NCBI GenBank assembly: GCA_963729625.1
Contig: CAVSOU010000007.1
Span: 576,001 to 640,000 of the forward strand
Origin: an uncultured bacterium
GTDB lineage: Bacteria; Chloroflexota; UBA5177; JANWHV01
Reading direction: 5' to 3'
DNA length: 64,000 nucleotides
The notes below the pieces were generated by a model. The model made no database searches, was not told the origin of the DNA, and saw only the letters and a program-made list of their open reading frames with translations. Shown one piece after another: positions 1 through 9,334 of the stretch. Each line of letters starts with the position of its first letter. Positions within the stretch are counted from its first letter, which is position 1. Made by a program: the position numbers and the translations under genes.

Positions 1-120
1 ACGAACTGGACGGACTTCGCCGCAGCAGCCGTGATGGGATCGGTTCCCTGGGTGATAATCTTCCTGATCGCGCAGCGGTGGTTCGTCAGCGGTCTGGCCG
101 GAGGGGCTGTCAAGGGTTAG
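1..120 (+). CDS. Carbohydrate ABC transporter permease (MalG-like), 3' end only
   Basis: Frame 1 reads [39 protein letters not shown], a typical MalG-family C-terminus; runs off the window start. Confidence 0.85.
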   Translation, partial: TNWTDFAAAAVMGSVPWVIIFLIAQRWFVSGLAGGAVKG

Positions 121-149
121 CGCGCGCTATCGGATACAGTTGATTCGAT

Positions 150-815
150 ATGCTCTACCTTGTCTCGACCCCGATTGGCAATCTGGCTGACATAACCGTG
201 CGCGCGCTCGAGACGCTGCGGACCGTCGACCTGGTAGCCAGCGAGGATACGCGCAAGACCGGCCTTCTGCTCAAGCACTTCGAGATCAAGAAGCCGCAGG
301 TCTCCTTCCACGAGCACAACGAGGATCGCGCCGGCGACCACATCGAGAAGCTTCTCAAGGAGGGGAAGTCGGTCGCCGTGGTGACCAATGCCGGAACGCC
401 GGGCATCGCAGATCCTGGATTTACTCTGGTACGGCGCGCGATTCAGGCAGGGCTCGGCGTGACCATGATTCCCGGACCCACCGCCCTGATCATGGCCCTC
501 GTCCTCTCGGGACTGCCCGTGCACAGCTTCACGTTTCGCGGGTTCCCGCCGCGCAAGTCCGGCGCTCGGCGCGCGTTCATGCAGGTCGATGCTACATCGC
601 CGCACACGCTGGTGTTCTACGAGAGCCCGCACCGGCTGCATGCCTTCCTCGCCGACGCCATCGCCGTCTACGGCGACCGCCTCGCGGCGATTGCAAACGA
701 TCTGACCAAGATGTTCGAGACCGTCGAGCGGGGCCCCCTCTCGGTGGTAGCAGAGTCGGTTAGCAAGAACCCCCTCCGCGGCGAATACGTCGTGGTGATC
801 GCGGGCGCGCCGTAG
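150..815 (+). CDS. rsmI: 16S rRNA (cytidine1402-2'-O)-methyltransferase
   Basis: [36 protein letters not shown] and LTKMFE motifs. Confidence 0.95.
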   Translation: MLYLVSTPIGNLADITVRALETLRTVDLVASEDTRKTGLLLKHFEIKKPQVSFHEHNEDRAGDHIEKLLKEGKSVAVVTNAGTPGIADPGFTLVRRAIQAGLGVTMIPGPTALIMALVLSGLPVHSFTFRGFPPRKSGARRAFMQVDATSPHTLVFYESPHRLHAFLADAIAVYGDRLAAIANDLTKMFETVERGPLSVVAESVSKNPLRGEYVVVIAGAP

Positions 816-876
816 GCAGGCGGCGGGGCCGTCTGGCCTCAGATCGGTATGCCGCGCGCCGCGTTATGCGGTAGCA

Positions 877-1146
877 TTGCACGTACCGGTCGGGGGTCCG
901 GAGGACATGGGACGGGACATTGGCCGCTACGTGGAACGGCTGCGCTCGAGTGGGTGGGTCGGCACGGCGATCTTCCTTGCCGTTGCCGTGGTCACGCTCG
1001 CCGTGCTCTCCTATCTCTTCAAGAAAAGCGATCCGACGCACTTGACGAAGGGCGCGGGGTTCGTCATGCTACTCTACCTGACGGTTGGCGGCTTCATGGT
1101 CCTGGCCTCGCGCATTTTCCCCCGCAGGCGCGGCGATTCTCAGTAG
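877..1146 (+). CDS. Small membrane protein with two TM helices
   Basis: Two hydrophobic stretches in 89 aa; start uncertain (GGAGG precedes ATG at 907). Confidence 0.6.
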   Translation: MHVPVGGPEDMGRDIGRYVERLRSSGWVGTAIFLAVAVVTLAVLSYLFKKSDPTHLTKGAGFVMLLYLTVGGFMVLASRIFPRRRGDSQ

Positions 1147-1892
1147 CCTGGCAATTGACGCGGGGGTAGAAAGAAGCGATCGTCGGGGATCTCGAGGTCG
1201 AGCGCCAGCCTACGCGCGTAGTCGATGGCGCCTATTGCTTCGGCCCGGTGACTGTCGCTGGCTACTGCAAATCGCGCGCCGGCGGCGAGCGCGGTGCGAA
1301 CCGTCTCTTCGGATGGCACTCGGTAGCGCGTGCTCAGCTCGAGTGCGACACCCGATTCGACCGCTGCCGCGATGAAGCGGTCCCGGAGTTCCGCCGTCCA
1401 CAATTCTTCCTGACCATCTCGCGGAAGGTCAGGGAGGAACATCGGGTGCCCGATCATCGCGTAGATGCCCGCACACATCGCACGCTCGCACTGGACGACG
1501 ACGCACTCCATGTAGTGTCGCAGGGAGCTGGGCGAGTGGCGATCGGGCTGCACACGCTTGCCATCTCCATCGAGCACAAGGTGCAGCGAGCCAATGCAGT
1601 AGTCGAGCTTGGCCAGATTCTCCGGCGTGATCGGATGCTCGGCCCCCAGGTCGAGCTCGATCGCTCGGTAAACAGGGAACTGCTCGATCGCGTCGAGGTA
1701 ACGGGCGAGCGCCCGATCACCCTCCATTCCGAAGAATCTCGAGTAGTGGTCGCTTATTCCGAGGTCGAAGCCGATCTGCCTTGCCGCTGCCAGCGCCGCA
1801 GCCACGTCCACGCGTCCATCCGAGAATGTCGTGTGTGTATGCAGATCGGTCCTGAGATGGCGTGGCGGGGCAGAGCCTGGCGTGTCGGGCAT
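1140..1892 (-). CDS. PHP-domain phosphoesterase
   Basis: DLHTHTTFSDG, ISDH, GSLH, GHP and ASDSH metal-ligand motifs; start placed at MPDTPG. Confidence 0.9.
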   Translation of the reverse strand: MPDTPGSAPPRHLRTDLHTHTTFSDGRVDVAAALAAARQIGFDLGISDHYSRFFGMEGDRALARYLDAIEQFPVYRAIELDLGAEHPITPENLAKLDYCIGSLHLVLDGDGKRVQPDRHSPSSLRHYMECVVVQCERAMCAGIYAMIGHPMFLPDLPRDGQEELWTAELRDRFIAAAVESGVALELSTRYRVPSEETVRTALAAGARFAVASDSHRAEAIGAIDYARRLALDLEIPDDRFFLPPRQLPGY

Positions 1893-2023
1893 CGATCTCT
1901 CCGGGCTGATTCTGAGCATGGGCCTCGTGAACATCGGCGGCGCGGTGCCGAGCGACGCCGCTCGCGCGGCCAGCCAGAATTGCTGATTTGCGCCCAAACA
2001 GGGTGCGGGCTCATCTGAGATGG

Positions 2024-2061
2024 AGTGTCCCGGAGCAACACGGCCAGTGACAGTATACCAT
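2024..2061. repeat. 38-bp direct repeat, copy 1 (contains extended -10 TGGTATACT on minus strand)
   Basis: AGTGTCCCGGAGCAACACGGCCAGTGACAGTATACCAT matches 3139-3176 with one mismatch. Confidence 0.9.
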
Positions 2062-2271
2062 CGCCTTCTGTCGCGTTATGGGTGCCGGACGACCATCCGT
2101 CGCGCGCCTCCGACCTTGGCCGTCGAACCTGCGGACGCTTGAGCAAACGGATTCGGTAGTACTTGGCAGTCTGCCGAGCACATGGCTAGAATCGGATAGC
2201 CGCTGAGGAATGGGCCGCGGGTGTAGACCGTATGGAGGCGGGGGTGCATCATTGTCGGGGAGGCTGCGACC

Positions 2272-3072
2272 ATGGCGCCGATCGTCGTCGGCATTGCACT
2301 GATCGCCGCGGCTGCGATCTTCTCCTTCATGTCGCGGGCATATGCTCGCCTGGCGTTGGCCGCGCTGTCGACTGAACTGTCGACTATTGGCGACCTTCGA
2401 GCGCTCTATCAGAAGGTTTCCGGGGAGATCGGGGCGGGCGTATTCAACCAGCAGGTCGGCCTGTGGGGCCGGATTGCGTGCGAACAGCCTTTGAAGTCGG
2501 AGCTGAGCGGCACTGCCTGTGTTGCCTACCGATTTCGGGTCGAGCGCCGATGGGAACAGGACTACAAGGAGCGCGACTCCGACGGCATCATCAGGCGCAA
2601 GACGCGCGACGGTAGAGACACAGTGTCGAGCAACGATCGGCGCGTGCCATTCTTGCTGAACGATGGAAGCGATTGCATTCCAGTCTCACCCGAGGGCGCG
2701 CTGATTGATATGGACAAGATAGTGGACCGCTTTGAGCCGGGAAACCCAGGCGGACTGTTGCGATTTGGCGCCTTTCAGCTTGCCCTGAGCGACGGGGGTC
2801 CTGGGGGGCGGCGCACGCTGGGCTACCACTACAAGGAGGAAGTGCTGCCTGTAGACAGGTCCGTCTACGTGCTGGGAGCCGCGAACGACCACGGCGGCAC
2901 ACTGAGAATCGCCAAGAACCAGGAAGCGAGAGCGCCATTCCTGATCAGCCTCAAGAGCCGCGAGCAGGTGGTCGGCTCGGCGAGGCGGACCGCTGCATAC
3001 GCGTTCCACGCCGCCTACGTATGCGCATTGTTGGGGATTGCGCTGGTAATCTTCGCCCTCCTTCGCCATTGA
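2272..3072 (+). CDS. GIDE-domain (E3 ubiquitin ligase family-like) membrane protein
   Basis: N- and C-terminal TM helices flank PLKSELSGTACVAY, VPFLLNDGS, EEVLPVDRSVYVLG and PFLISLKS, typical of GIDE domains; no RING. Confidence 0.8.
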   Translation: MAPIVVGIALIAAAAIFSFMSRAYARLALAALSTELSTIGDLRALYQKVSGEIGAGVFNQQVGLWGRIACEQPLKSELSGTACVAYRFRVERRWEQDYKERDSDGIIRRKTRDGRDTVSSNDRRVPFLLNDGSDCIPVSPEGALIDMDKIVDRFEPGNPGGLLRFGAFQLALSDGGPGGRRTLGYHYKEEVLPVDRSVYVLGAANDHGGTLRIAKNQEARAPFLISLKSREQVVGSARRTAAYAFHAAYVCALLGIALVIFALLRH

Positions 3073-3138
3073 TGATCAAGCCGGTTGCCGCGCCATGGCG
3101 ATACCCTCCCGTACCCGGACGCTTTGGTGGTCGATGGA

Positions 3139-3176
3139 AGTGTCCCGGCGCAACACGGCCAGTGACAGTATACCAT
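3139..3176. repeat. 38-bp direct repeat, copy 2
   Basis: AGTGTCCCGGCGCAACACGGCCAGTGACAGTATACCAT. Confidence 0.9.
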
Positions 3177-3313
3177 TCGAGCGCCGCGTGCCATACTAAA
3201 GTGAAGCCACGATGAGTCATTGACGCGCACGATCCTGGGGGCGCGGGCGTCTCGCCCGCCCCTGTCTGGTGGCCGGCACACCTGGGATCCCGCTACGGTT
3301 TGAGTGTAGGACC

Positions 3314-3976
3314 ATGAACATACGCGTTCGCTACTTTGCCTACTTCCGCGAGCAATTGGGTCGGTCACACGATCAGCTGGATGTGCCCGACGAATGCACC
3401 GCGCACGAGCTGTGGTTGCGGTGCACCGAGGGACACGAAAGATTGCCTGGCATGTGGGGTTCGGTCCTGGTTGCCGTGAATGGCGAGTTCGCCGGCCGGG
3501 ACACGGTGCTTCGCGCGGGCGACGAGGTCACGTTCTTGCCGCCGGTGAGCGGAGGATCGGCTCGTTGCCGGCTGGTCCGCGAGTGGATCGACACGCGCGC
3601 CCTTGAAGCCGAGGTTACCGCTGCCCGTCACGGTGCGGTCGTTACGTTCGTCGGCGTGGTGCGCGAGTTGTCTGATTCCGGCAAGCTGGTTCGCTGCCTC
3701 GAGTATGAAGCGTACGATGAGATGGCACTGCGCGAGATGGAAGCCATCGCCCGACAGGTCGAGGAGCGATGGCCGGGCAGCGCAATCGCGATCGAGCACC
3801 GTGTGGGACGGCTGGAGATTGGCGACGCCAGCGTCGCTATCGCCGTCGCAACCGCTCACCGCGCTGCCGCGTTCGAGGCCTGCCGTTTCGCCATCGATCG
3901 CCTCAAGGAGACCGTCCCAATCTGGAAGAAGGAGGTCTTCTTGGACGGTGAAGAATGGGTGGGACTGGGAGCCTGA
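3314..3976 (+). CDS. moaE: Fused molybdopterin synthase MoaD-MoaE (MoaX-like)
   Basis: MoaD part (VRYFAYFRE...AVN...PPVSGG) runs in frame into MoaE (GAVVTFVGVVR, LEYEAY, HRVGRL, LKETVPIWKKE). Confidence 0.93.
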   Translation: MNIRVRYFAYFREQLGRSHDQLDVPDECTAHELWLRCTEGHERLPGMWGSVLVAVNGEFAGRDTVLRAGDEVTFLPPVSGGSARCRLVREWIDTRALEAEVTAARHGAVVTFVGVVRELSDSGKLVRCLEYEAYDEMALREMEAIARQVEERWPGSAIAIEHRVGRLEIGDASVAIAVATAHRAAAFEACRFAIDRLKETVPIWKKEVFLDGEEWVGLGA

Positions 3977-4033
3977 GCCCGAGGTCTCCGCTACCTAGCG
4001 GGTCGCCTATCACGTTTGTGGCCGTTCAGATGC

Positions 4034-4093
4034 GGCCTGAAGGCCACAGTTAGGTGACCGGGTGAGGCTCTCCGGCCTGAAGGCCGGAGTCTC
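4034..4093. repeat. GGCCTGAAGGCC palindromes resembling an IS200/IS605 end or REP element
   Basis: CTCCGGCC-TGAA-GGCCGGAG hairpin at 4070-4089, a second core at 4034-4045 and a related copy at 12385-12408. Confidence 0.55.
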
Positions 4094-4137
4094 ACACGAA
4101 GCGGCAATGGCTATGAGCAACGCACTTGACCCACTAG

Positions 4138-5885
4138 CCTGGATTATGCGGGAACGAGCAGCTGAGCCGCAGGGAGGCAGGTTTCAGGCTACGAACCGTT
4201 GAGCGTGGTTGATTGCTAGGGTTCGCTCCCTTATGGTCAAGTTCTTAGACGACGACCAACGAGCGGAGCGAACCCTATGGCTACTCAGTCTGCCACACAG
4301 CGCTATCACTTTGCCACCCAGACCGGGTTGGCGCTCGAGGCCCTCTTTGATGGTGGCCGCCTGACCAGCGATGGCGGCCTGCCCTGGCTCGCCAAGGCCG
4401 ACGCGGTGTTGGGACTGTGTGCCGGGCTGGCAGCGAGCCTGCCGGAGCGCCGCCAGCGGCACATCCGCTACTCCCTGGAGGGTCTGGTCCGCCAGCGCGT
4501 GTTCCAGATTGCCTGCGGGTACGAGGACCAGAACGATGCCAACACCCTGCGCCACGACCCCCTGCTCAAGATGGTCTGCGGGCGTCTGCCGGAGAGTGGT
4601 CCTGCGCTGGCCGGCCAGTCCACCTTCAGCCGCCTGGAGAACAGCGTGGACCGGCAAGCCTGTCGCCACCTGGCCCACGCCCTCCTGGAGGTGTACCTGG
4701 TGGCGAGGGAACAGGACGGCGTGCCTCGGCACATTCTGCTGGACATCGACAGCACGGATGACCCCACGCACGGGCACCAGGAAGGGGCGGCGTACCACGG
4801 GTACTACCGCCAGCACCAGTACTACCCGCTGCTCGTCTTCGATGGCGAGACCGACCAGCTGATCACCGCCATCCTGCGCCCGGGCACGGTGCACGGCAGC
4901 CGCGGGGTGATTACGGTGCTGCGCGTGCTAGTCCGGGCCTTTCGGCAGCGCTGGCCCGGCGTGCAGATCGAGATCCGCGCTGACGCAGCGGGCGCCACGC
5001 CCCGAATCTACCAGTTCTGCGAGCGCCACCATATCACCTACACCCTGGGTCTGGGCACCAATGCCCGCCTGGCAGCCCTGGCCGCGCCCCTGCTGGCGCA
5101 GGCCCAGGCCCAGCGCGAGGCCACCGCCGCGGAGAAGGTCCGCCTGTGCGGCGAGACCACCTACCAGGCCGAGAGTTGGGACCGCGCACGGCGCGTGGTC
5201 TACAAGACCGAAGCCCTGGCCAAGGGGCCCAATGTCCGCTTCGTCGTCACCAGCCGCACCGACGCGCCGACAGACCTCTACGATTGGTATGTCGATCGGG
5301 GCACCCCGGAACTGTGGATCAAGGACATCAAGCTCGCCTGCTTCGCCGACCGCCTGAGCGACCATCGCTTCTGGGCCAACCAGTGCCGCCTCATCCTGCA
5401 CGCCGCCGCCTATTGGCTCCTCGATACCCTCCGACGCTGGCTGACTGCCCGCGGCCTGCCCCGTCTGCAGCTCGATACCCTGCGGCTCCAGCTCATCAAG
5501 ATCGGCGGCCGGGTGCGGGAAGGGCTGCACCGCATCCGCCTGCACCTGGCCAGCAGCCATCCTGGTCAGGCCCTCTGGAGCCTGCTCGGTGCGCAGCCGC
5601 CCGGCCACGCGCCGCCGTTCCTCCGCTAATCCGTCCCGCTGCTGCCGATCGCTGCCGACACCGCGACTGTCCCTGTCGCGGTACGACCCCTCACGCCGTC
5701 CTCCCCGCGCCAACTGCCCCACCAGCGAGCCCAGCCACGCACCGCTGGACGCACGCTGGATCCTGCCGCCGCACCAGGCCCCCTCTGCATGCCGGCGCAC
5801 ATTACCTCGACGCGATGCGGGCCGCGACGAGCCTCCCCTCAACCTTGCTTAGCTCGCTTCCTTCAGGGGTCCCGCATAATCCAGG
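4138..5885 (+). mobile_element. IS1380-family insertion sequence, intact (1748 bp)
   Basis: Perfect 16-bp terminal IRs CCTGGATTATGCGGGA (4138-4153) and TCCCGCATAATCCAGG (5870-5885); CTAG duplicated at 4134-4137 and 5886-5889. Confidence 0.95.
4277..5629 (+). CDS. IS1380-family DDE transposase
   Basis: FDGGRLTSDGGL, GYEDQNDANTLRHDP, LDIDSTDDPTHGHQEG, IRADA and RFWANQCRL motifs. Confidence 0.95.
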   Translation: MATQSATQRYHFATQTGLALEALFDGGRLTSDGGLPWLAKADAVLGLCAGLAASLPERRQRHIRYSLEGLVRQRVFQIACGYEDQNDANTLRHDPLLKMVCGRLPESGPALAGQSTFSRLENSVDRQACRHLAHALLEVYLVAREQDGVPRHILLDIDSTDDPTHGHQEGAAYHGYYRQHQYYPLLVFDGETDQLITAILRPGTVHGSRGVITVLRVLVRAFRQRWPGVQIEIRADAAGATPRIYQFCERHHITYTLGLGTNARLAALAAPLLAQAQAQREATAAEKVRLCGETTYQAESWDRARRVVYKTEALAKGPNVRFVVTSRTDAPTDLYDWYVDRGTPELWIKDIKLACFADRLSDHRFWANQCRLILHAAAYWLLDTLRRWLTARGLPRLQLDTLRLQLIKIGGRVREGLHRIRLHLASSHPGQALWSLLGAQPPGHAPPFLR

Positions 5886-7715
5886 CTAGCGCTCCAGATT
5901 TCGCTCCAGCGTCTCGAGGGCAGCCTGCAGGGTCGCTGCAGCCAGGGATGCGCGCTGCACGGAGTGGCTCGCGTCGGTGGTCCCAGCGTCGATATCGGCG
6001 CGGAGCGCAGCTTGCCGCGCGGCGAGGGGCGCCCAGCTTGCCTCGCGATTTTCCGTCAGCCGTTTGTGTTCGCGCTCAGCCTCTGCCAGCGCTTCCTCGA
6101 GCTCGCGGCGGCGAGCCTGCCATGCCGGGCCAGTGAAGCGCCGCCACTCTCGCCATGCCTCCTGCATGTAGAAGGCCAGGAGGGCGTCGCGGCCGATGCG
6201 CAGACCCGGAGCGACGCTGATTCTCAGGTAGCCCTCGGGCCGAGGCATTACCTGAGGGTGCACCTCTCGAATGGCCTGGATCAGGGCATCGCGTAACCAA
6301 CTGCGCGCTTTCTGCCAGATCCAGGGAAGGTTCTCGTGCTTGAACCGGTCCTGCAGGTCGGCAGACAGCATCGCCCATCGGCTGTCGAACAACGCGTCGT
6401 AGTCGGCAATACGCTTGCGCCTCATGGCAGTGTCGTGTGCAGTGGCAAGGTCTCCGTCGGCGTAGATGCGCTGTGCCTTCTGCAGACGATGGGCAATGCT
6501 ATCGAATTCGGCCTGCGCTTGCTGAACCGCGACCTGTTGCCTCAGTGCCTCGACGCCGGCCTCTTCCTCCGCGCTATCGAGTCGATCCAACACCTGGCGA
6601 AGGCGCGATACCCGCCATATCGTGGCGGCCTGGCCCAGCACATGCGTTCGAATATAGGCCTTGAGACCGGCCAGACCCGTCACCTCAGGAGCCTGCTCGC
6701 CCGCGAGCTGCGCGCGCAGCGCCCGGCGAGCGCTGAGGAGCAGTATGTTGCCGGCCAGGCTACCGCCGAATGGCCGCAACATCGTGGCACAGCGTTCACG
6801 CACCGTGCGAATCTCATAGTCTTCGAGGCCGTCGACGAAGTTGACTGCAAACGTGAGCGCGCGGTGCCCTTGCGACCACAGCGTCTCGATGAACTGCAAC
6901 TCATTCTCGGATAGCAGCTGCGTAGCGGAGAGGACAATGATAATGGCGTCGGACCTGCGCAGTACTTCGCGCGCCGTCTCGGCCCGATCGAAATCCTCAT
7001 TGAGACCGGGAAGGTCGACAAGCATCGTGTCTGGTGGAAGTCCGGTCTCGAGCTCGATCTCGATTCGCTCGACCCCTGCGCGAAAGGCAAGCCGATCCTC
7101 ATCGTCACTCGGCAGCACAATACACGCGTACCGCTCGAGATCCTCGATCGGCACTTTCTCGGCATCTCGGGCGTCACTATAGAAGACGCGTGCGCTCGTA
7201 CTGGGGCCGGCGCGCAGCAGACATGGCACAGCCGTTGCAGGCGCCACTCGCGTGGGCAAGACGCGCTTGCCGAGCAACGCGTTGATCAGAGTGGACTTTC
7301 CTCGCTTGAAGTCGCCTGCCACCGCCACGACAAGCTCCGACTCGTCCAGCGTTCGTCGAAGGCCGGCATCATCGCCCAGCGCCGGGAGCGCGCGCAAGGC
7401 TGCCAGGGCGTTGTCGAGCTGTTCGTCGGATACCGGCAGCAAGGTTTCCACGAGAGGCCCGCGCAGCGCCAGGCTGGCGTCCCGCAGATCGTCCCACAGA
7501 CGGGCCGCCTCCGGCGATTGCACCTCGATCAGTCTGGCGCGGACAGACGCCAGCGATGCCAGAATCGCACTGATGGAAGGTCGGCTATGTGCCGCGGCTT
7601 CCCCTAGCAGGGCGAGCAATGCCTCGCTCTCCAGAGGAGCATAGGCAGCAGCCTCGACGACCGGCCGCTGAAGAATGTCGAAGGCGTGTTCTATAGGGAA
7701 TGCCGCAGTACTCAC
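5886..7715 (-). CDS. Bacterial dynamin-like GTPase
   Basis: G1 GDFKRGKSTLINALLG, G2 PAT, G3 DLPG, G4-like NFVD, LSAR, long coiled-coil C-terminus; GTG start assumed. Confidence 0.85.
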   Translation of the reverse strand: MSTAAFPIEHAFDILQRPVVEAAAYAPLESEALLALLGEAAAHSRPSISAILASLASVRARLIEVQSPEAARLWDDLRDASLALRGPLVETLLPVSDEQLDNALAALRALPALGDDAGLRRTLDESELVVAVAGDFKRGKSTLINALLGKRVLPTRVAPATAVPCLLRAGPSTSARVFYSDARDAEKVPIEDLERYACIVLPSDDEDRLAFRAGVERIEIELETGLPPDTMLVDLPGLNEDFDRAETAREVLRRSDAIIIVLSATQLLSENELQFIETLWSQGHRALTFAVNFVDGLEDYEIRTVRERCATMLRPFGGSLAGNILLLSARRALRAQLAGEQAPEVTGLAGLKAYIRTHVLGQAATIWRVSRLRQVLDRLDSAEEEAGVEALRQQVAVQQAQAEFDSIAHRLQKAQRIYADGDLATAHDTAMRRKRIADYDALFDSRWAMLSADLQDRFKHENLPWIWQKARSWLRDALIQAIREVHPQVMPRPEGYLRISVAPGLRIGRDALLAFYMQEAWREWRRFTGPAWQARRRELEEALAEAEREHKRLTENREASWAPLAARQAALRADIDAGTTDASHSVQRASLAAATLQAALETLERNLER

Positions 7716-7949
7716 CAGAAAATTGTACCCCAAGGCGAATCTCCGGGCTTGAGCCCTCTTCGCGCTGGGCGACCTGGATTCTGTGATCGGGCGCCGATCC
7801 GCGGGCGGAGGGGGATCGACCGTGGCGGCGTCGCTCGGCAGCGGCGAGACTCGGGCCTGACGGCCCGGGTACCCTTGCGGGTCGTCGAGGGTCGCAACTT
7901 CAGGCTGCAGACTGCCAGACTACCCTCGCCCAACCGCACGAGCCGCCAT

Positions 7950-8075
7950 GGGAACTGGGCTAGGTCTCTATTTCCAAGCACTCATGGCGGCTATTCTTAC
8001 GCTGAGGCGCTGGCGCTCGTTCAGGAGGCAGTCAGGTTGCACATCGAGGCCCGCCAGGTACAATCGGTATTCAGG
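7950..8075 (+). pseudogene. Degenerate HicB-like antitoxin fragment
   Basis: GYSYAEALALVQEAVRLHIEAR resembles the HicB G-x-T-x-x-EA-x(5)-EA-x-x-L helix; no clear start or intact N-terminus. Confidence 0.45.
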
Positions 8076-8083
8076 AGGTCCCG

Positions 8084-9307
8084 ATGCTCTCGGTTGAGGA
8101 AGCACAAGAGCAGGTATTGGCAGCCGTAGCGCGGTTGGCGGTGGAGGAGAGGCCTCTCGTCGAAGCGCTAGGCGCCATCCTGGCTGTCGATGCCTTCGCG
8201 GACATCGACCTGCCGCCATTCGCCAACTCGGCAATGGATGGCTTTGCCGTGCATGCTGCCGACACCGCCGGCGCCTCGCCGGAGCGGCCCCACGTGCTCA
8301 CGGTTGTTGGCGAAATCGCAGCCGGTGACGCGGCGACGATCGCCGTGCCACCCGGCTCGGCCACGCGCATCATGACCGGCGCCCCCATGCCTGCCGGGGC
8401 CGATGCAGTGATACCGGTCGAGGTCACCGGAAGCGACCCTCGCGGCATGCGTGCCCTTGTACAGGTGGCGATAGGCGCAAACGTTCGCCATGCCGGCGAG
8501 GACTTCCGACAGGGCAACAGGGTGCTCGTCGAGGGTACGCTGCTACGTCCCGGTGAGATCGGCCTGCTTGCCTCGTGCGGTTACGACCGGGTACCCGTGT
8601 ACAGGCGACCAGTTGTCGCCGTTCTCTCGACGGGAAACGAGTTAGTGGCCGTCGATCAGAAGCCGCGAGCGGGTCAAATCCGCAACAGCAACGCGCCGAT
8701 GCTGGCTGCCCAAGTTCTGAGCGCCGGTGCCGTGCCCAGGATCCTGCCCGTAGCCCGGGATACGCGTGAAGACGTTCTTGCCGCTCTTGAAGGTGGCCGG
8801 ACTGCCGACTTGATCGTGAGTTCCGGTGGGGTGTCCGTCGGCGACTACGATGTAGTCCGCGAAGTCATACAGGGCCTGGGCGGGATCGACTTCTGGCGCG
8901 TGCGGATGCGCCCTGGAAAGCCCATCGCATTTGGACACGCGGGTCACACACCCTTCTTGGGACTGCCGGGCAATCCCTTATCCTCCTTCGTGACGTTCGA
9001 GCTATTCGCTCGTCCGATGCTGCGCAAGATGGCCGGCCACCGTGCGCTGGTTCGGCAGCCGATTGCGATGCATGCCGACAGTGCGGTGCCGGGTGCCCGC
9101 GATCGGCGGCATTTCGTGCGGGCATTGGCACGATGGGAGGATGATGGCTGGCACGCGACGGTTGCCGGCTCGCAAGAGTCGCACCTGCTGCAGTCGGCAA
9201 TTGCCGTCAACGCCCTGATCGTGGTACCCGAAGGACACCCGGACTTCGCTCCAGGCAACACTGTGCAGGCAATTCTTCTGGATTGGCCCGAGCAATCGTG
9301 GCGTTGA
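8084..9307 (+). CDS. moeA: Molybdopterin molybdotransferase
   Basis: PPFANSAMDGFAV, RIMTGAPMP, STGNEL, SSGGVSVGDYD, MRPGKP and GLPGNP motifs; AGGAGG RBS. Confidence 0.96.
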   Translation: MLSVEEAQEQVLAAVARLAVEERPLVEALGAILAVDAFADIDLPPFANSAMDGFAVHAADTAGASPERPHVLTVVGEIAAGDAATIAVPPGSATRIMTGAPMPAGADAVIPVEVTGSDPRGMRALVQVAIGANVRHAGEDFRQGNRVLVEGTLLRPGEIGLLASCGYDRVPVYRRPVVAVLSTGNELVAVDQKPRAGQIRNSNAPMLAAQVLSAGAVPRILPVARDTREDVLAALEGGRTADLIVSSGGVSVGDYDVVREVIQGLGGIDFWRVRMRPGKPIAFGHAGHTPFLGLPGNPLSSFVTFELFARPMLRKMAGHRALVRQPIAMHADSAVPGARDRRHFVRALARWEDDGWHATVAGSQESHLLQSAIAVNALIVVPEGHPDFAPGNTVQAILLDWPEQSWR

Positions 9308-9334
9308 GGGTGATCATATGCGACACTCTCCCGT

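Noticed and set aside
7735-7950. Possible Moco riboswitch upstream of moeA
   Set aside because: Only a TCTCCG-like start is present; the GNRA stems and 3' motif could not be identified
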